A program made the position numbers and the translations under genes. Positions 20,890-31,431 of a stretch of DNA of 64,000 nt are shown here, piece after piece; position 1 is the first letter of the stretch; every line of letters begins with the position of its first letter. This DNA comes from an uncultured Rhodospirillaceae bacterium (GTDB lineage: Bacteria; Pseudomonadota; Alphaproteobacteria; MPNO01; UBA2964): the NCBI GenBank assembly GCA_964492555.1, contig CAZBKQ010000007.1, forward strand, positions 21,534 to 85,533. Direction: 5' to 3'. Below the pieces are notes generated by a model. It was not told where the DNA came from. It was given only the letters and a program-made list of their open reading frames with translations, and did no database searches.

Positions 20890-21963
20890 TTGGAACAGAA
20901 AGCCACAAACAGAATTTTCGATGCGGGCCTGCTCGGGATAGCGGGCGCGGGCGGCGCGTTGCTTTATGGGCTGATGTCCCTGACGGGGCTATTTGCCCCT
21001 GGCGAGACCCTGTCCGCGGCGAATACGGGAAAATCTGCTCCCGCCGTTGTCGCGGCCGGCCCCCGCGTCGAACATTTGCTGGGCCCCGCGACGAATGACT
21101 ACGAACCCGCGCGCGTCGTGCGGGAGGGTCATGCCACGCTGCAAATTGCGCCGGTCAGCCTGCTGCGGCGCTATTACGATTCCATCGGCTTCGATCTGTC
21201 CCGCGTGCGCGATCACGGCCGGGTGCCGCGTCTGATTCTGGCCGCGCTGCCGAGGGATATTCAAAGTGTCGAACAGCCGCGTCTTCGCAAAATGCTGTTT
21301 ATGCAGACAACATTGCCGCTGATCCTCCATGTGAATGAAAAAATCATGGCAGATCGCAAACGCGTAATGTCGCTGCGCGGCAAGGCCGAGGAAGGCGGAG
21401 TTCTGAGCCCCGCCGAAAAGCGCTGGCTGACCGATCTGTCGGTGGAATATGGCGCCGGTGGGGAAAATCCGGATCCGCAAAACCCCGATTTTGCCTCTCT
21501 GCTGAAGCGTGTGGATATCCTGCCGCCGTCCCTTGCGCTGGCGCAGTCGGCCGAGGAAAGCGGTTGGGGTACGTCGCGATTCGCGCGTGAAGGCAATGCC
21601 TTGTTCGGCCAACGCACCTGGCGCGGCCCGAAGGGCATGATCCCGAAGAAGCGGGCCGCGGGTGAAAAATACCGGGTGCGGTCTTTCGACACACTGCTCG
21701 AGGGCGTCTGGGCCTACGCCTATAACCTGAATACCCATTTCGCCTATGCGAAGTTTCGCGAGCGCCGGGCGCGTTTACGGGCAGCGGGCAATACTCTGAC
21801 CGGTGATCGGCTGATCGACACTCTCGATCGTTATTCCGAAAGAGGTCAGGATTATATTCGGACGATTCGGACGATCATGCGGGTCAACGCGCTCAGCCAA
21901 TTCGACGGCGCGCGCTTGTCGCATCCGCCCGTCCTTCCGCCGGAGCCGTCCTCCGGCGCCTGA
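20890..21963 (+). CDS. Membrane-anchored mannosyl-glycoprotein endo-beta-N-acetylglucosaminidase domain protein (Bax/FlgJ-like).
   Basis: C-terminal glucosaminidase motif (LALAQSAEESGWGTSRFAREGNALFG) and an N-terminal TM helix. The track start at 20890 is a TTG; the next in-frame ATG is at about 20974. Confidence 0.72.
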   Translation: MEQKATNRIFDAGLLGIAGAGGALLYGLMSLTGLFAPGETLSAANTGKSAPAVVAAGPRVEHLLGPATNDYEPARVVREGHATLQIAPVSLLRRYYDSIGFDLSRVRDHGRVPRLILAALPRDIQSVEQPRLRKMLFMQTTLPLILHVNEKIMADRKRVMSLRGKAEEGGVLSPAEKRWLTDLSVEYGAGGENPDPQNPDFASLLKRVDILPPSLALAQSAEESGWGTSRFAREGNALFGQRTWRGPKGMIPKKRAAGEKYRVRSFDTLLEGVWAYAYNLNTHFAYAKFRERRARLRAAGNTLTGDRLIDTLDRYSERGQDYIRTIRTIMRVNALSQFDGARLSHPPVLPPEPSSGA

Positions 21964-21977
21964 TCGGGTCTTCTCTT

Positions 21978-23045
21978 TTATTGCGAGACTTTGCGGGGCG
22001 GCACGTAGAACTGCCGCCCGTACCAGCGCCAACGCCCACCCTTGTCATGCAGGGTGCAGTTGATACGCGAGCGTCCCACCGGGAACGGCTTGGTCATCCG
22101 GACTTCGACACGGGCCTCACCCAGCCGTTCAATCCGTAATTTCTCCTCGCTGGAGGCGTAACAATTCAGCCTGTCCAGCTTGCCGACGCTTTCACCGTTT
22201 ACGGTAAATCCGAATGCTGGCGGGTTTGCGCCCCTGGTCAGATACGGGTCGGCAGGCGTTATATCGGTGGCGTTAAGCGGCAGCGCCCTGCCCGCCAGAC
22301 GCAGGCGCTCAACGCCGCCAAACGTTTCGTTAAAGGCGAAGCGCGGCAAGTAAAAGAAGTTGGCCGCGCGATGCAAAACGCCCGAGTGCTGGCCGAACCC
22401 GACCGTAAACCCGGCCTTTTTCGACGCGTTGCCGACCGCGACACTGTATTCGCCATAGGGATAGGCGATCATTTCCGGGACAAAACCGAGTTCCGCCTGA
22501 AAGCGGGCGTTGGATTTTTTCAGCTCCGCCGCGATGTCTTCCGGCGGCAATAAGGGCAAATGGGGGTGGGACGCGGTCTGGCTGCCGATCGTTACGCCGG
22601 CCTGATGCAGCTCGCGGATCTGGTCCCAGCTCATGTAACCAGGGAACTTCCGGTCGATGGCGTCGGTCGCCACGAAGAGCGTAAAAGGCAGATTCGCCGC
22701 CCGCAGCCGCGGCCAGGCATTCTGATAAACCGACAGGAATGCGTCATCAACGGAAAGCCCGACGGTCTTTTCCGGAAGATCATCGCCCTTGCGCAGCGCC
22801 GATACGATTTCGTGAACCGGACGGACGGTAAATTCGCCGCCGATCAAAGTTTCAAGATGCGCCTCGAACTGATCGATCCGGACATTGGTTGACGGATGTT
22901 CGCTCTCACCAAACCGGTGATACATCAGGATGACGGCGGAATTCGCGGCCACGGCCTGCTCCGTCAGCAGGAGCAAGGCCCCGAGCGCGGCTACGGTTCT
23001 GACCAGAGCCCGTTTCGATAAGGACATATTCATAACCAGTGACAC
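21978..23045 (-). CDS. Secreted polysaccharide deacetylase family protein (NodB homology domain).
   Basis: Signal peptide, then the NodB motifs (LMYHRF, SVDDAF and a His-rich region). Alternative start at MSLSKRAL (23027). Confidence 0.72.
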   Translation of the reverse strand: MSLVMNMSLSKRALVRTVAALGALLLLTEQAVAANSAVILMYHRFGESEHPSTNVRIDQFEAHLETLIGGEFTVRPVHEIVSALRKGDDLPEKTVGLSVDDAFLSVYQNAWPRLRAANLPFTLFVATDAIDRKFPGYMSWDQIRELHQAGVTIGSQTASHPHLPLLPPEDIAAELKKSNARFQAELGFVPEMIAYPYGEYSVAVGNASKKAGFTVGFGQHSGVLHRAANFFYLPRFAFNETFGGVERLRLAGRALPLNATDITPADPYLTRGANPPAFGFTVNGESVGKLDRLNCYASSEEKLRIERLGEARVEVRMTKPFPVGRSRINCTLHDKGGRWRWYGRQFYVPPRKVSQ

Positions 23046-23142
23046 TCAACCCCGAACCGCGATGGGCCGTTTACGCGCCGATAGCGGTTCCTGATATTTA
23101 TATGTCGCCGATTTCAGGAAAAAATGCAACAAAACGGATGGG

Positions 23143-23697
23143 TTACACCATCATCCGGCGCGGCAGTTCCCCATCGCCGATCAACGGATATTTGCGGGAA
23201 TCGAACAGTTGATAATGCCACCATTCGTTCCTGTAAAAATCCCACCCCGCATCCGTCATGATACCCAGCAGAATAAATCGATTGCGCCGCGCCTCTGCTG
23301 AAACGTCCCGTGCGCCGTGATGCGACAGCGGTGTAAAGGCGTCGAACCCGGTGCCCATGTCAAGCGGGGTACCGTCCTCAGCCAACAATGTCAGATCGAC
23401 CGCGACGCCGCGCGAATGGGGCGATCCGCGTTCCGGGTGGGCGAGAAAATCCGGATCCGGCGTATGATTCCACAGCGTCCACTGAGCCTCGGTCGGGCGA
23501 AACGCATCGAAGATCAGAAGCCGGAGTCCGATATCCGCGGCACCGTCACGCGCCCGGGCGAGCGCCTCCGCCGCGTCGGTGTGGAGATAGCATACCGGAG
23601 TCGCGTAAACCGGCGCGCCGGTGAAATTTTCATGCGTCGCATAGGCAAGCCGGATATCGACTTCGAATTCAGACCCGTTTATTTCTTTAAGCATCAT
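23143..23697 (-). CDS. ddpX: D-alanyl-D-alanine dipeptidase (VanX/DdpX-like, peptidase M15D).
   Basis: 184 aa with the VanX-family Zn-ligand pattern (SxHxxGxAxD and ExWH: SPHSRGVAVDL...NEWWHYQL). Confidence 0.75.
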   Translation of the reverse strand: MMLKEINGSEFEVDIRLAYATHENFTGAPVYATPVCYLHTDAAEALARARDGAADIGLRLLIFDAFRPTEAQWTLWNHTPDPDFLAHPERGSPHSRGVAVDLTLLAEDGTPLDMGTGFDAFTPLSHHGARDVSAEARRNRFILLGIMTDAGWDFYRNEWWHYQLFDSRKYPLIGDGELPRRMMV

Positions 23698-23757
23698 GGC
23701 AGAAAAAATTGCAGATTGTGTTCCGCGAAAACCCTATCACAGCAACGGGATGACCGC

Positions 23758-24450
23758 ATGATCGCGCTGGGGATCGATACGTCGGGCGCCGCTTGCGCCG
23801 CGGCCGTGTGGCGGGACGGTGAAACGCTTGCGGCGCACCGCCGGGATATGGCGCGCGGCCACGCGGAGGCCTTGATGCCGATGATCGGCGAGGCGCTTGC
23901 CGATGCGGCAATCTCATACGACGAAATCGATATAATCGGTGCGACCACCGGGCCCGGCTCCTTTACGGGCGTGCGGACCGGCTTGGCGGCATCGCGGGGT
24001 TTGTCGCTCGCGCTGGGATGTCCGTTGTCGGGTGTCACGACATTCGAGGCCGTCGCCGCCGCCGCGGCGCGCGCGGTTTCGCCGGGTCGTGGGGGGGCGC
24101 TTTGGGTGGTGCTTGAAACGCGGCGCACGGATTTTTTTCTTCAGAAGTTTGAGATGCGGGACGCCGCCGCGATCCCGGTGACCGAACCCGTCGCGGAAGA
24201 CGCCGCCGCCGCGCGTGCCTTGCTGGAAGACGGATGCCTCGCCGCCGGCGACGGGCTGGCGCGCCTGCGCGAACAAGCCGCCTTGTCCGAAAATGTTCAG
24301 GAAGCGACGGATTGCCGCACGCCCGATGCCGCGCTCGTTGCGGAAATGGCGGTCCGGAAATCCGGTTCCGTCGAGGGTCCGGTCAGACCGCTTTATATTC
24401 ATCCGCCACAGGCGGCATTGCCGCGAAACGGCGGGCGGTTGCGGCCATGA
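23758..24450 (+). CDS. tsaB: tRNA threonylcarbamoyladenosine biosynthesis protein TsaB (YeaZ).
   Basis: ORF 23317..24450 carries a spurious N-terminal extension that overlaps ddpX. The true start is MIALGIDTSGAACAAAVW...GPGSFTGVRTGLA, the YeaZ signature, at 23758. Confidence 0.8.
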   Translation: MIALGIDTSGAACAAAVWRDGETLAAHRRDMARGHAEALMPMIGEALADAAISYDEIDIIGATTGPGSFTGVRTGLAASRGLSLALGCPLSGVTTFEAVAAAAARAVSPGRGGALWVVLETRRTDFFLQKFEMRDAAAIPVTEPVAEDAAAARALLEDGCLAAGDGLARLREQAALSENVQEATDCRTPDAALVAEMAVRKSGSVEGPVRPLYIHPPQAALPRNGGRLRP

Positions 24451-24959
24451 GAAAACTGGCGGAAGACGGACGCCCCTTGCCGGGTCACCACATCGAAACG
24501 CTTTCCGGCGGTGATCTCGGCGTCGTTGCGCGTATTCACGCCAAGTGCTTTTTCGATGCCTGGGATGAGGACATGCTGACGCAGATCCTCGAAATGCCCG
24601 GTTCGTTCGGGCTGGTGGCGCGCCGGCCCAGATTTGATTCCATCGCGGGGTTTGCGCTGGCGCGCGTCGCGGCGGATGAATGCGAGCTGCTCTCGCTCGG
24701 GGTGTCGCCGGAATGCCGCAGCCAGGGGATCGCGACCGCCCTGCTGCGCGGATCGATGTCGCGCGCCGCCGCGGAAAGGGCGCGCTGGTTTTTTCTGGAG
24801 GTCGCGACGGATAACGAGGCCGCGCGGCGGCTCTATCGCGCGCACGGTCTGGTCAAGGTCGGCGCCCGTCCGGACTATTATGAAAATGAAGACGGCAGCC
24901 GGACAGACGCCCATACCATGCGGTGCGATCTCGGCGATCTGCTGCCGGGACGTTCCTGA
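24447..24959 (+). CDS. rimI: Ribosomal-protein-alanine N-acetyltransferase RimI (GNAT).
   Basis: Start refined to MRKLAEDG. Its ATG overlaps the tsaB TGA in an ATGA. GNAT motif A (LLSLGVSPECRSQGIATALL) is present. tsaB-rimI is a conserved pair. Confidence 0.8.
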   Translation: MRKLAEDGRPLPGHHIETLSGGDLGVVARIHAKCFFDAWDEDMLTQILEMPGSFGLVARRPRFDSIAGFALARVAADECELLSLGVSPECRSQGIATALLRGSMSRAAAERARWFFLEVATDNEAARRLYRAHGLVKVGARPDYYENEDGSRTDAHTMRCDLGDLLPGRS

Positions 24960-24967
24960 CGCTTTTT

Positions 24968-25237
24968 TCAGTTTTTGCGAATGCGCAGGAGATGAAGTCC
25001 GTCGGGGGGCTGATCCGGTTGCGGTTTCAGCGACAGGATGTCGTGACCGAGTTCCGCCACGGAGTCGGGCACATTTTTCAGCGGCTCCTCGCCCCGCAGA
25101 CGAATCTCCGCGACGTCTCCCGCGGCCATTTTCTCAATAAGCAGGCGCGTTCTGACAAAAGTCATCGGACAGATATCGGCGGTGATGTCCAGCCGGTGAT
25201 CCGCCGTTTCAGCTATTTCTGGCGCGGGCGCTTTCAT
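24968..25237 (-). CDS. TusA-like sulfurtransferase family protein (SirA/YedF/YeeD fold).
   Basis: 89 aa, with one Cys in a CPMT context (DITADICPMTFVRTRLLIEKMAAGDVAEIRL) where TusA has CPxP. Confidence 0.55.
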   Translation of the reverse strand: MKAPAPEIAETADHRLDITADICPMTFVRTRLLIEKMAAGDVAEIRLRGEEPLKNVPDSVAELGHDILSLKPQPDQPPDGLHLLRIRKN

Positions 25238-25341
25238 ACCTAAAATCCGTAAACTGTCACCAATTATATAGGGCCGGGTGTGGAAAAGACACGTCGGGCG
25301 GGCCTTCTACGCCATAGGCGAACCCCGGCGACTGGTGTATA

Positions 25342-25812
25342 GTGCGCGCCATGACAGCGAGATCCGCGCAATCGCGCAAGGCTTCCGAAAAAATATCGGA
25401 ACTGGAGCGCGCCTGCATCGAAAAGGGCATGAAGATGACCGAGCAGCGACGGGTCATCGCGCGCGTTCTCTCTGAATCGACCGATCACCCCGATGTGGAA
25501 GAAGTCTATCGCCGTTCCGCGAAATACGATTCCGGTATCAGCATCGCGACGGTCTATCGCACGCTCAGGCTTTTCGACATCGCCAATATCATCGACCGTC
25601 TCGAATTCGGCGACGGGCGCGCGCGTTATGAGATTTCCGACGAAGACGGCCATCATCATCATCTGATTGACATGAAAACCGGTCAGGTGGTTGAGTTTGA
25701 GGACGACAAGCTTGAACAGCTCAAGGCGCGTATCGCAAATGAGCTGGGGTACAAGCTGATCGGGGACCGGCTTGATCTATATGGTGTCCCCCTGGAAGAC
25801 GACGATGGATAG
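25342..25812 (+). CDS. Fur family transcriptional regulator, Cys-less and His-rich (Irr/Mur-like).
   Basis: Fur-type winged helix (TEQRRVIARVLSES...) and a DEDGHHHHLID motif; it lacks the CxxC Zn sites. The start may be the Met at 25351. Confidence 0.78.
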   Translation: MRAMTARSAQSRKASEKISELERACIEKGMKMTEQRRVIARVLSESTDHPDVEEVYRRSAKYDSGISIATVYRTLRLFDIANIIDRLEFGDGRARYEISDEDGHHHHLIDMKTGQVVEFEDDKLEQLKARIANELGYKLIGDRLDLYGVPLEDDDG

Positions 25813-25880
25813 GGGCAGCTTGCGGCGCGGGGCTATGACAGCCGGCGGGCCCGGGCATTTCAGCAAGGACGGCATCTCGG

Positions 25881-26720
25881 ATGGCGGGTTCGGTTAATCC
25901 AGTTTCAGACGTTTCCGGCGGGGTCGCGATAACACCGATCCACGCCGGTAATCTGGTCGCGCGGATGGCGGATGGCGAGGCCGATCTCGATGCCGCACAG
26001 GCGCTCCGTTATCGCGTGTTCTATGAGGAAATGAACGCGCGCCCGGACGCCGCGACGGCAGAGCGGAAACGCGATTTCGATTCGTTCGACACGGTGTGCG
26101 ATCACTTGCTGGTCATTGACGAGGACCGGACGGACATCCCCGGCGGTGTTGTCGGGACCTATCGCCTGTTGTTGCGCAGCGTGGCCGAGCGCCATAACGG
26201 GTTTTATTCCGCCGACGAATATAATATCGAGCCCTTGCTGGCGCTCGACGGCGACATCATGGAGCTGGGCCGGTCTTGCGTCGACGCCGCTAATCGGAAC
26301 AAGCCGACGATGCAGCTCTTGTGGCGGGCGATCGCGCAATATGTGTTTTCCAATGACGTAAAGGCGATGTTCGGCTGCGCGAGTTTTCCGGGCGCCGATC
26401 CGCAAGCGCTCGCGCCGGTGCTGTCCTACCTCTATCATTTTCACCTTGCTCCTGAGGATTTGCGGCCCGTCGCGTTGCCGGAACGATATGTCGATATGTG
26501 CCTGATGGACCGGGATCAGATCGACCCCAAACGCGCGCTCGCGAAGGTGCCGCCCCTGATAAAGGGATATTTGCGCCTCGGTGGATTTATCGGAGACGGG
26601 GCGGTGGTCGACGAACAGTTCAATACCACTGACGTTTGTGTCGTCGTGATGACCGAACGGGTGACGGACAAATACTTCAAACATTATGAACGGTCGGCAA
26701 GCAGGACTGCCGGCGACTGA
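25881..26720 (+). CDS. olsB: GNAT-like N-acyltransferase, probable ornithine lipid synthase OlsB (L-ornithine N-alpha-acyltransferase).
   Basis: 279 aa hemolysin-like GNAT (LRYRVFYEEMNARPD...) followed directly, with overlap, by a PlsC-family acyltransferase. This is the olsBA arrangement. Confidence 0.62.
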   Translation: MAGSVNPVSDVSGGVAITPIHAGNLVARMADGEADLDAAQALRYRVFYEEMNARPDAATAERKRDFDSFDTVCDHLLVIDEDRTDIPGGVVGTYRLLLRSVAERHNGFYSADEYNIEPLLALDGDIMELGRSCVDAANRNKPTMQLLWRAIAQYVFSNDVKAMFGCASFPGADPQALAPVLSYLYHFHLAPEDLRPVALPERYVDMCLMDRDQIDPKRALAKVPPLIKGYLRLGGFIGDGAVVDEQFNTTDVCVVVMTERVTDKYFKHYERSASRTAGD

Positions 26721-27540
26721 TCGATTCAGTTCCCGCGGCAAGGCGATTTTCCGGCTTTGCGGGCTTGTGGTTCTCACCCTGGGCCTGATGCCGCCGCAGA
26801 TTTGCGCGCTGTTGTTGCGCCTTCCGGCGGCGCGCGCCATTCCCCGGCTATGGCATCGCGTGGCCGTGCGCATCATGGGTTGGCGTGTTGTGGTGCATGG
26901 CGCGCCGTCCCATGCGCCGCGCACGCTTTATGTCGCCAACCATGCCTCTTATTCCGATATCGTGGTTCTCGGCTCGCTCGCGGACATCAATTTCATCGCG
27001 AAGGCGGAGGTGGCTGGTTGGCCGGTTTTCGGATTTCTAGCCCGGCTGCATGGCACCATGTTTATCGAGCGCCGCGGCGCGAAGGCGGCCGCGCAGCGGG
27101 ATGAGATCGCCAACCGACTCGACAAGGGTCACAAGCTGGTCCTGTTCGCCGAAGGCACCAGCAATGACGGCATCCACGTCCAGCCTTTCAAGAGCGCCCT
27201 GTTTTCGGTTGTGCATGGCGCGGCGGACGGCCCGGAAATTACCCTGCAGCCGGTCTCTATCGCCTACACCCGGCTGGACGGTGTCCCGGTCGGGCGAACG
27301 TTTCTGTCGCATTTTGCATGGTACGGCGATATGACGCTGGTGCCGCATTTGCTCGAATTGCTGGGGCTCGGTTCTGTGACCATAGAGGTGACGTTTCACG
27401 AACCGGTTGATGCGTCCCGGTTCGAAACACGGCGCGCGCTCGCGGAATATTGCCACGGGGTGGTTTCTTCCGGTGTCGCGGCCTCGAACGCCGGCACCGC
27501 GTCTGACAGGGCCGCCGTAACGGCGCGCGCAAATTCTTGA
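26686..27540 (+). CDS. olsA: Lysophospholipid (lyso-ornithine lipid) O-acyltransferase, PlsC family; probable OlsA.
   Basis: HX4D motif (NHASYSD) and a FAEGTSNDG block of 1-acyl-sn-glycerol-3-phosphate acyltransferases. It overlaps the olsB 3' end. Confidence 0.62.
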   Translation: MNGRQAGLPATDRFSSRGKAIFRLCGLVVLTLGLMPPQICALLLRLPAARAIPRLWHRVAVRIMGWRVVVHGAPSHAPRTLYVANHASYSDIVVLGSLADINFIAKAEVAGWPVFGFLARLHGTMFIERRGAKAAAQRDEIANRLDKGHKLVLFAEGTSNDGIHVQPFKSALFSVVHGAADGPEITLQPVSIAYTRLDGVPVGRTFLSHFAWYGDMTLVPHLLELLGLGSVTIEVTFHEPVDASRFETRRALAEYCHGVVSSGVAASNAGTASDRAAVTARANS

Positions 27541-27592
27541 CAGCCCTTGCGGGGGTGATAGTGTCGGAATCAGGCAGAAGCCGCGATTTCCA

Positions 27593-28971
27593 ATGGGTGG
27601 CGGCCATTTTCCGGCCCCTTCGACAAATCGTTCCGCGATAGAAAACTTGGCCAAAAAAGTCTTTATCAAAAGCTACGGATGCCAGATGAACGTCTACGAT
27701 TCTGATCGTATGGCGGATGTTCTGGCGCCGGAGGGGTATGCCCGCACCGATGACGCGGACGATGCCGATCTGGTTATTCTGAACACCTGTCATATACGGG
27801 AAAAAGCGGCGGAAAAGGTGTATTCCGAACTCGGCCGCCTGCGCCGAAAGGACGGTCCGGTGATCGCGGTGGCGGGCTGCGTCGCCCAGGCCGAGGGCGA
27901 GGAAGTGCTGCGCCGCGCGCCAAATGTCGATCTTGTGGTCGGGCCGCAGACCTATCACCGCCTGCCCCAGCTATTGCGCGACGCAGCGCGGAAGCGCGGC
28001 GTGGTCGATACGGATTTTCCGGCCGAGACGAAATTCGGCGACATGCCGCCGCCGGCCCTCGGTGGCCCGGCGGCTTTTCTGACGATCCAGGAAGGGTGCG
28101 ACAAGTTCTGTGCCTTTTGCGTCGTGCCTTATACGCGCGGCGCCGAATATTCCCGGCCCGGCGACGAGGTGATCGAGGAGGCGCGCGGGCTGGTGGCCGC
28201 GGGGGCGCGGGAAATCACGCTGCTCGGTCAGAACGTCAACGCCTATCACGGCTGTGATGACGGGCTTGCCGGGTTGATCCGGATGCTCGATGAAATCGAC
28301 GGGCTTGATCGTATTCGTTATACGACCTCGCATCCCAGGGACATGTCCGACGCGTTGATCGCGGCCCATGCGGAGATCCCGTCGCTGATGCCCTATCTGC
28401 ATCTGCCGGTGCAGTCCGGCTCCGACGGAATCTTGAAGCGGATGAACCGCCAGCATGCCGCGGCGGATTATGAAGAGATTATCGTGCGAATTCGCGCGGC
28501 GCGCCCCGATATCGCGCTGTCTTCCGATTTTATCGTCGGCCATCCCGGTGAAAGCGACGCGGATTTCGAGGAAACGCTGGCCCTGATCGAAAGGGTTCGT
28601 TACGCGCAGGCCTATTCATTCAAATACAGCCCGCGCCCCGGCACGCCGGCGGCGGAGGCCGATGACCAGGTGCCGGAACCGGTCAAGGCCGAGCGCCTCG
28701 CGCGGCTCCAGGAATTGCTCAACCGTCATCAACTCGAATTCAACGATCAATTCGTCGGGCGGGACATGGCGGTCCTGTTGGACCGCGCCGGGCGCCGGGA
28801 CGGCCAGTTGGCCGGGCGTAGCCCCTATAACCAGGCGGTGCATGTGACATTCTCCGGCGCGGAGGAAGCGCGCGCGTTTCTGGGCCGGATCGTTACCGTG
28901 CGGATTGCGGAGGCCAAGCCGAACTCGTTGTCAGGAACTCCGGTAGCGGATCCAGCGATGGAGGGTGCGGC

Positions 28972-28975
<4 letters not shown>
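27593..28975 (+). CDS. miaB: tRNA-2-methylthio-N6-dimethylallyladenosine synthase MiaB.
   Basis: The [18 protein letters not shown]0004 N-terminus, a radical-SAM CxxxCxxC (CDKFCAFC) and a TRAM C-terminus are present. The likely true start is the in-frame TTG at about 27647 ([15 protein letters not shown]). Confidence 0.9.
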
Positions 28976-29997
<1,022 letters not shown>

Positions 29998-30510
29998 CGC
30001 CGCGACCGCGACTATTGTCGTCGATGTCCGTGATCCCGCGTGGGACGCGGCGCTGCCCGATGCATCCGTGTTGTGCCGGAACGCCGCGAACGCGGTTCTG
30101 GATGCGGAATCGGTGCCTCGCGCCGGGACGGAAATAGGCGTGGTGCTGGCCGATGACGCGCTGGTCCGCGACCTCAACCGCGACTGGCGCGGCATCGACG
30201 CGCCGACCGACGTTTTGTCTTTTGGCGCGGAGGAGCCCGACCCCGCGCCCGGGGCCCCGCGGCTGCTTGGCGATGTGGTGGTCGCGTTGGGCGTCGCCGC
30301 GCGGGATGCCGAGGCCGACGGCGTTTCGTTGCGGAATCATCTTTCCCACCTGATCGTCCATGGCGTTTTTCATCTGCTGGGCTATGATCACGAAGACGAT
30401 ATGCAGGCGGAATGCATGGAGGCGAGAGAAACCGACGTGTTGCGTGATCTCGGGATCGGCGATCCCTATCGCGATAAGCCGCTCGTTCGACGCGCGGGAG
30501 AGGCCAGCTG

Positions 30511-31431
30511 ATGGCCGGACCCCTGAATGCCGGCGCGGACAACGACCCCGTCAATGATCAGCGCGATGAGGGGTCCGCCGGACGGCCCGCAAAATCATGG
30601 TGGCGGCGGCTGTTTTTCCGCTCGCGTTCTAATGGCGGGGATCTCCGCGATACCATTGAGGAGCTGATCGACGAACAGGAGGAAACCGGCGAATTGCCGG
30701 CCTCCGCCGACGAACTGACCCTGCTTCGCAATATCCTCAATCTTCATGGGCTGACGGTTTATGACATCATGGTGCCGCGCGCCGATATCGTCGCGGTCGA
30801 TATCCGTACCACGCTTGCCGATCTTGTCGGGCTGATGAGCGAGGAAGCCCATTCGCGAATCCCGGTTTACAGGGAAACGCTGGATGACATCGCGGGCATG
30901 GTTCACATCAAGGACGTGCTGGAAAGCTGGACGCGCGATAATCAGGGGGACCTCGCCGATCTGGTGCGCCCGGTGCTTTTCGTGGCGCCGTCCACGCCGA
31001 TCCTTGAACTCTTGCTGCAGATGCGCGTCCGGCGGGTCCACATGGCGCTGGTCGTTGATGAATTCGGCGGAATTGACGGGTTGGCGACGATCGAGGACCT
31101 GGTCGAGGAAATCGTCGGCGAGATTGAGGACGAGCACGACGAAGACGAAACCCCCCGGATGGTCGAATACCGGAACGGCACGGTCGAGGCGGATGCCCGC
31201 GTGCCGATAATGGATTTTGAAGAGCGGATGGGTGAGTTCCTGACCGATTCCGAGCGGGAAGAAGATATCGATACGCTGGGCGGGCTGGTGTTTTTTCTGG
31301 CCGGCAGGGTCCCCGCAAAGGGTGAAATCATTGCGCACAGCTCCGGCCTGGAGTTTCAGATTCTTGACGCGGATCCCCGGCGAATCCGGCGCATGCGGAT
31401 CGCTATTCCCGCCGCGCCGGAGGATTGCTGA
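30511..31431 (+). CDS. corC: CorC/HlyC family (YbeX) CBS-pair plus CorC_HlyC domain protein.
   Basis: Two CBS domains and a C-terminal transporter-associated domain. The start overlaps the ybeY stop. Confidence 0.85.
   Translation: MAGPLNAGADNDPVNDQRDEGSAGRPAKSWWRRLFFRSRSNGGDLRDTIEELIDEQEETGELPASADELTLLRNILNLHGLTVYDIMVPRADIVAVDIRTTLADLVGLMSEEAHSRIPVYRETLDDIAGMVHIKDVLESWTRDNQGDLADLVRPVLFVAPSTPILELLLQMRVRRVHMALVVDEFGGIDGLATIEDLVEEIVGEIEDEHDEDETPRMVEYRNGTVEADARVPIMDFEERMGEFLTDSEREEDIDTLGGLVFFLAGRVPAKGEIIAHSSGLEFQILDADPRRIRRMRIAIPAAPEDC

Noticed and set aside
23317-23757. N-terminal 147 codons of the 23317..24450 ORF.
   Set aside because: They overlap ddpX on the opposite strand. The TsaB homology starts at the internal ATG at 23758. 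Similar spurious extensions exist for mutM (61238..61348), tctC (51961..52038), pnp (43124..43174), irr (48696..48830), coaBC (57790..57963) and dut.
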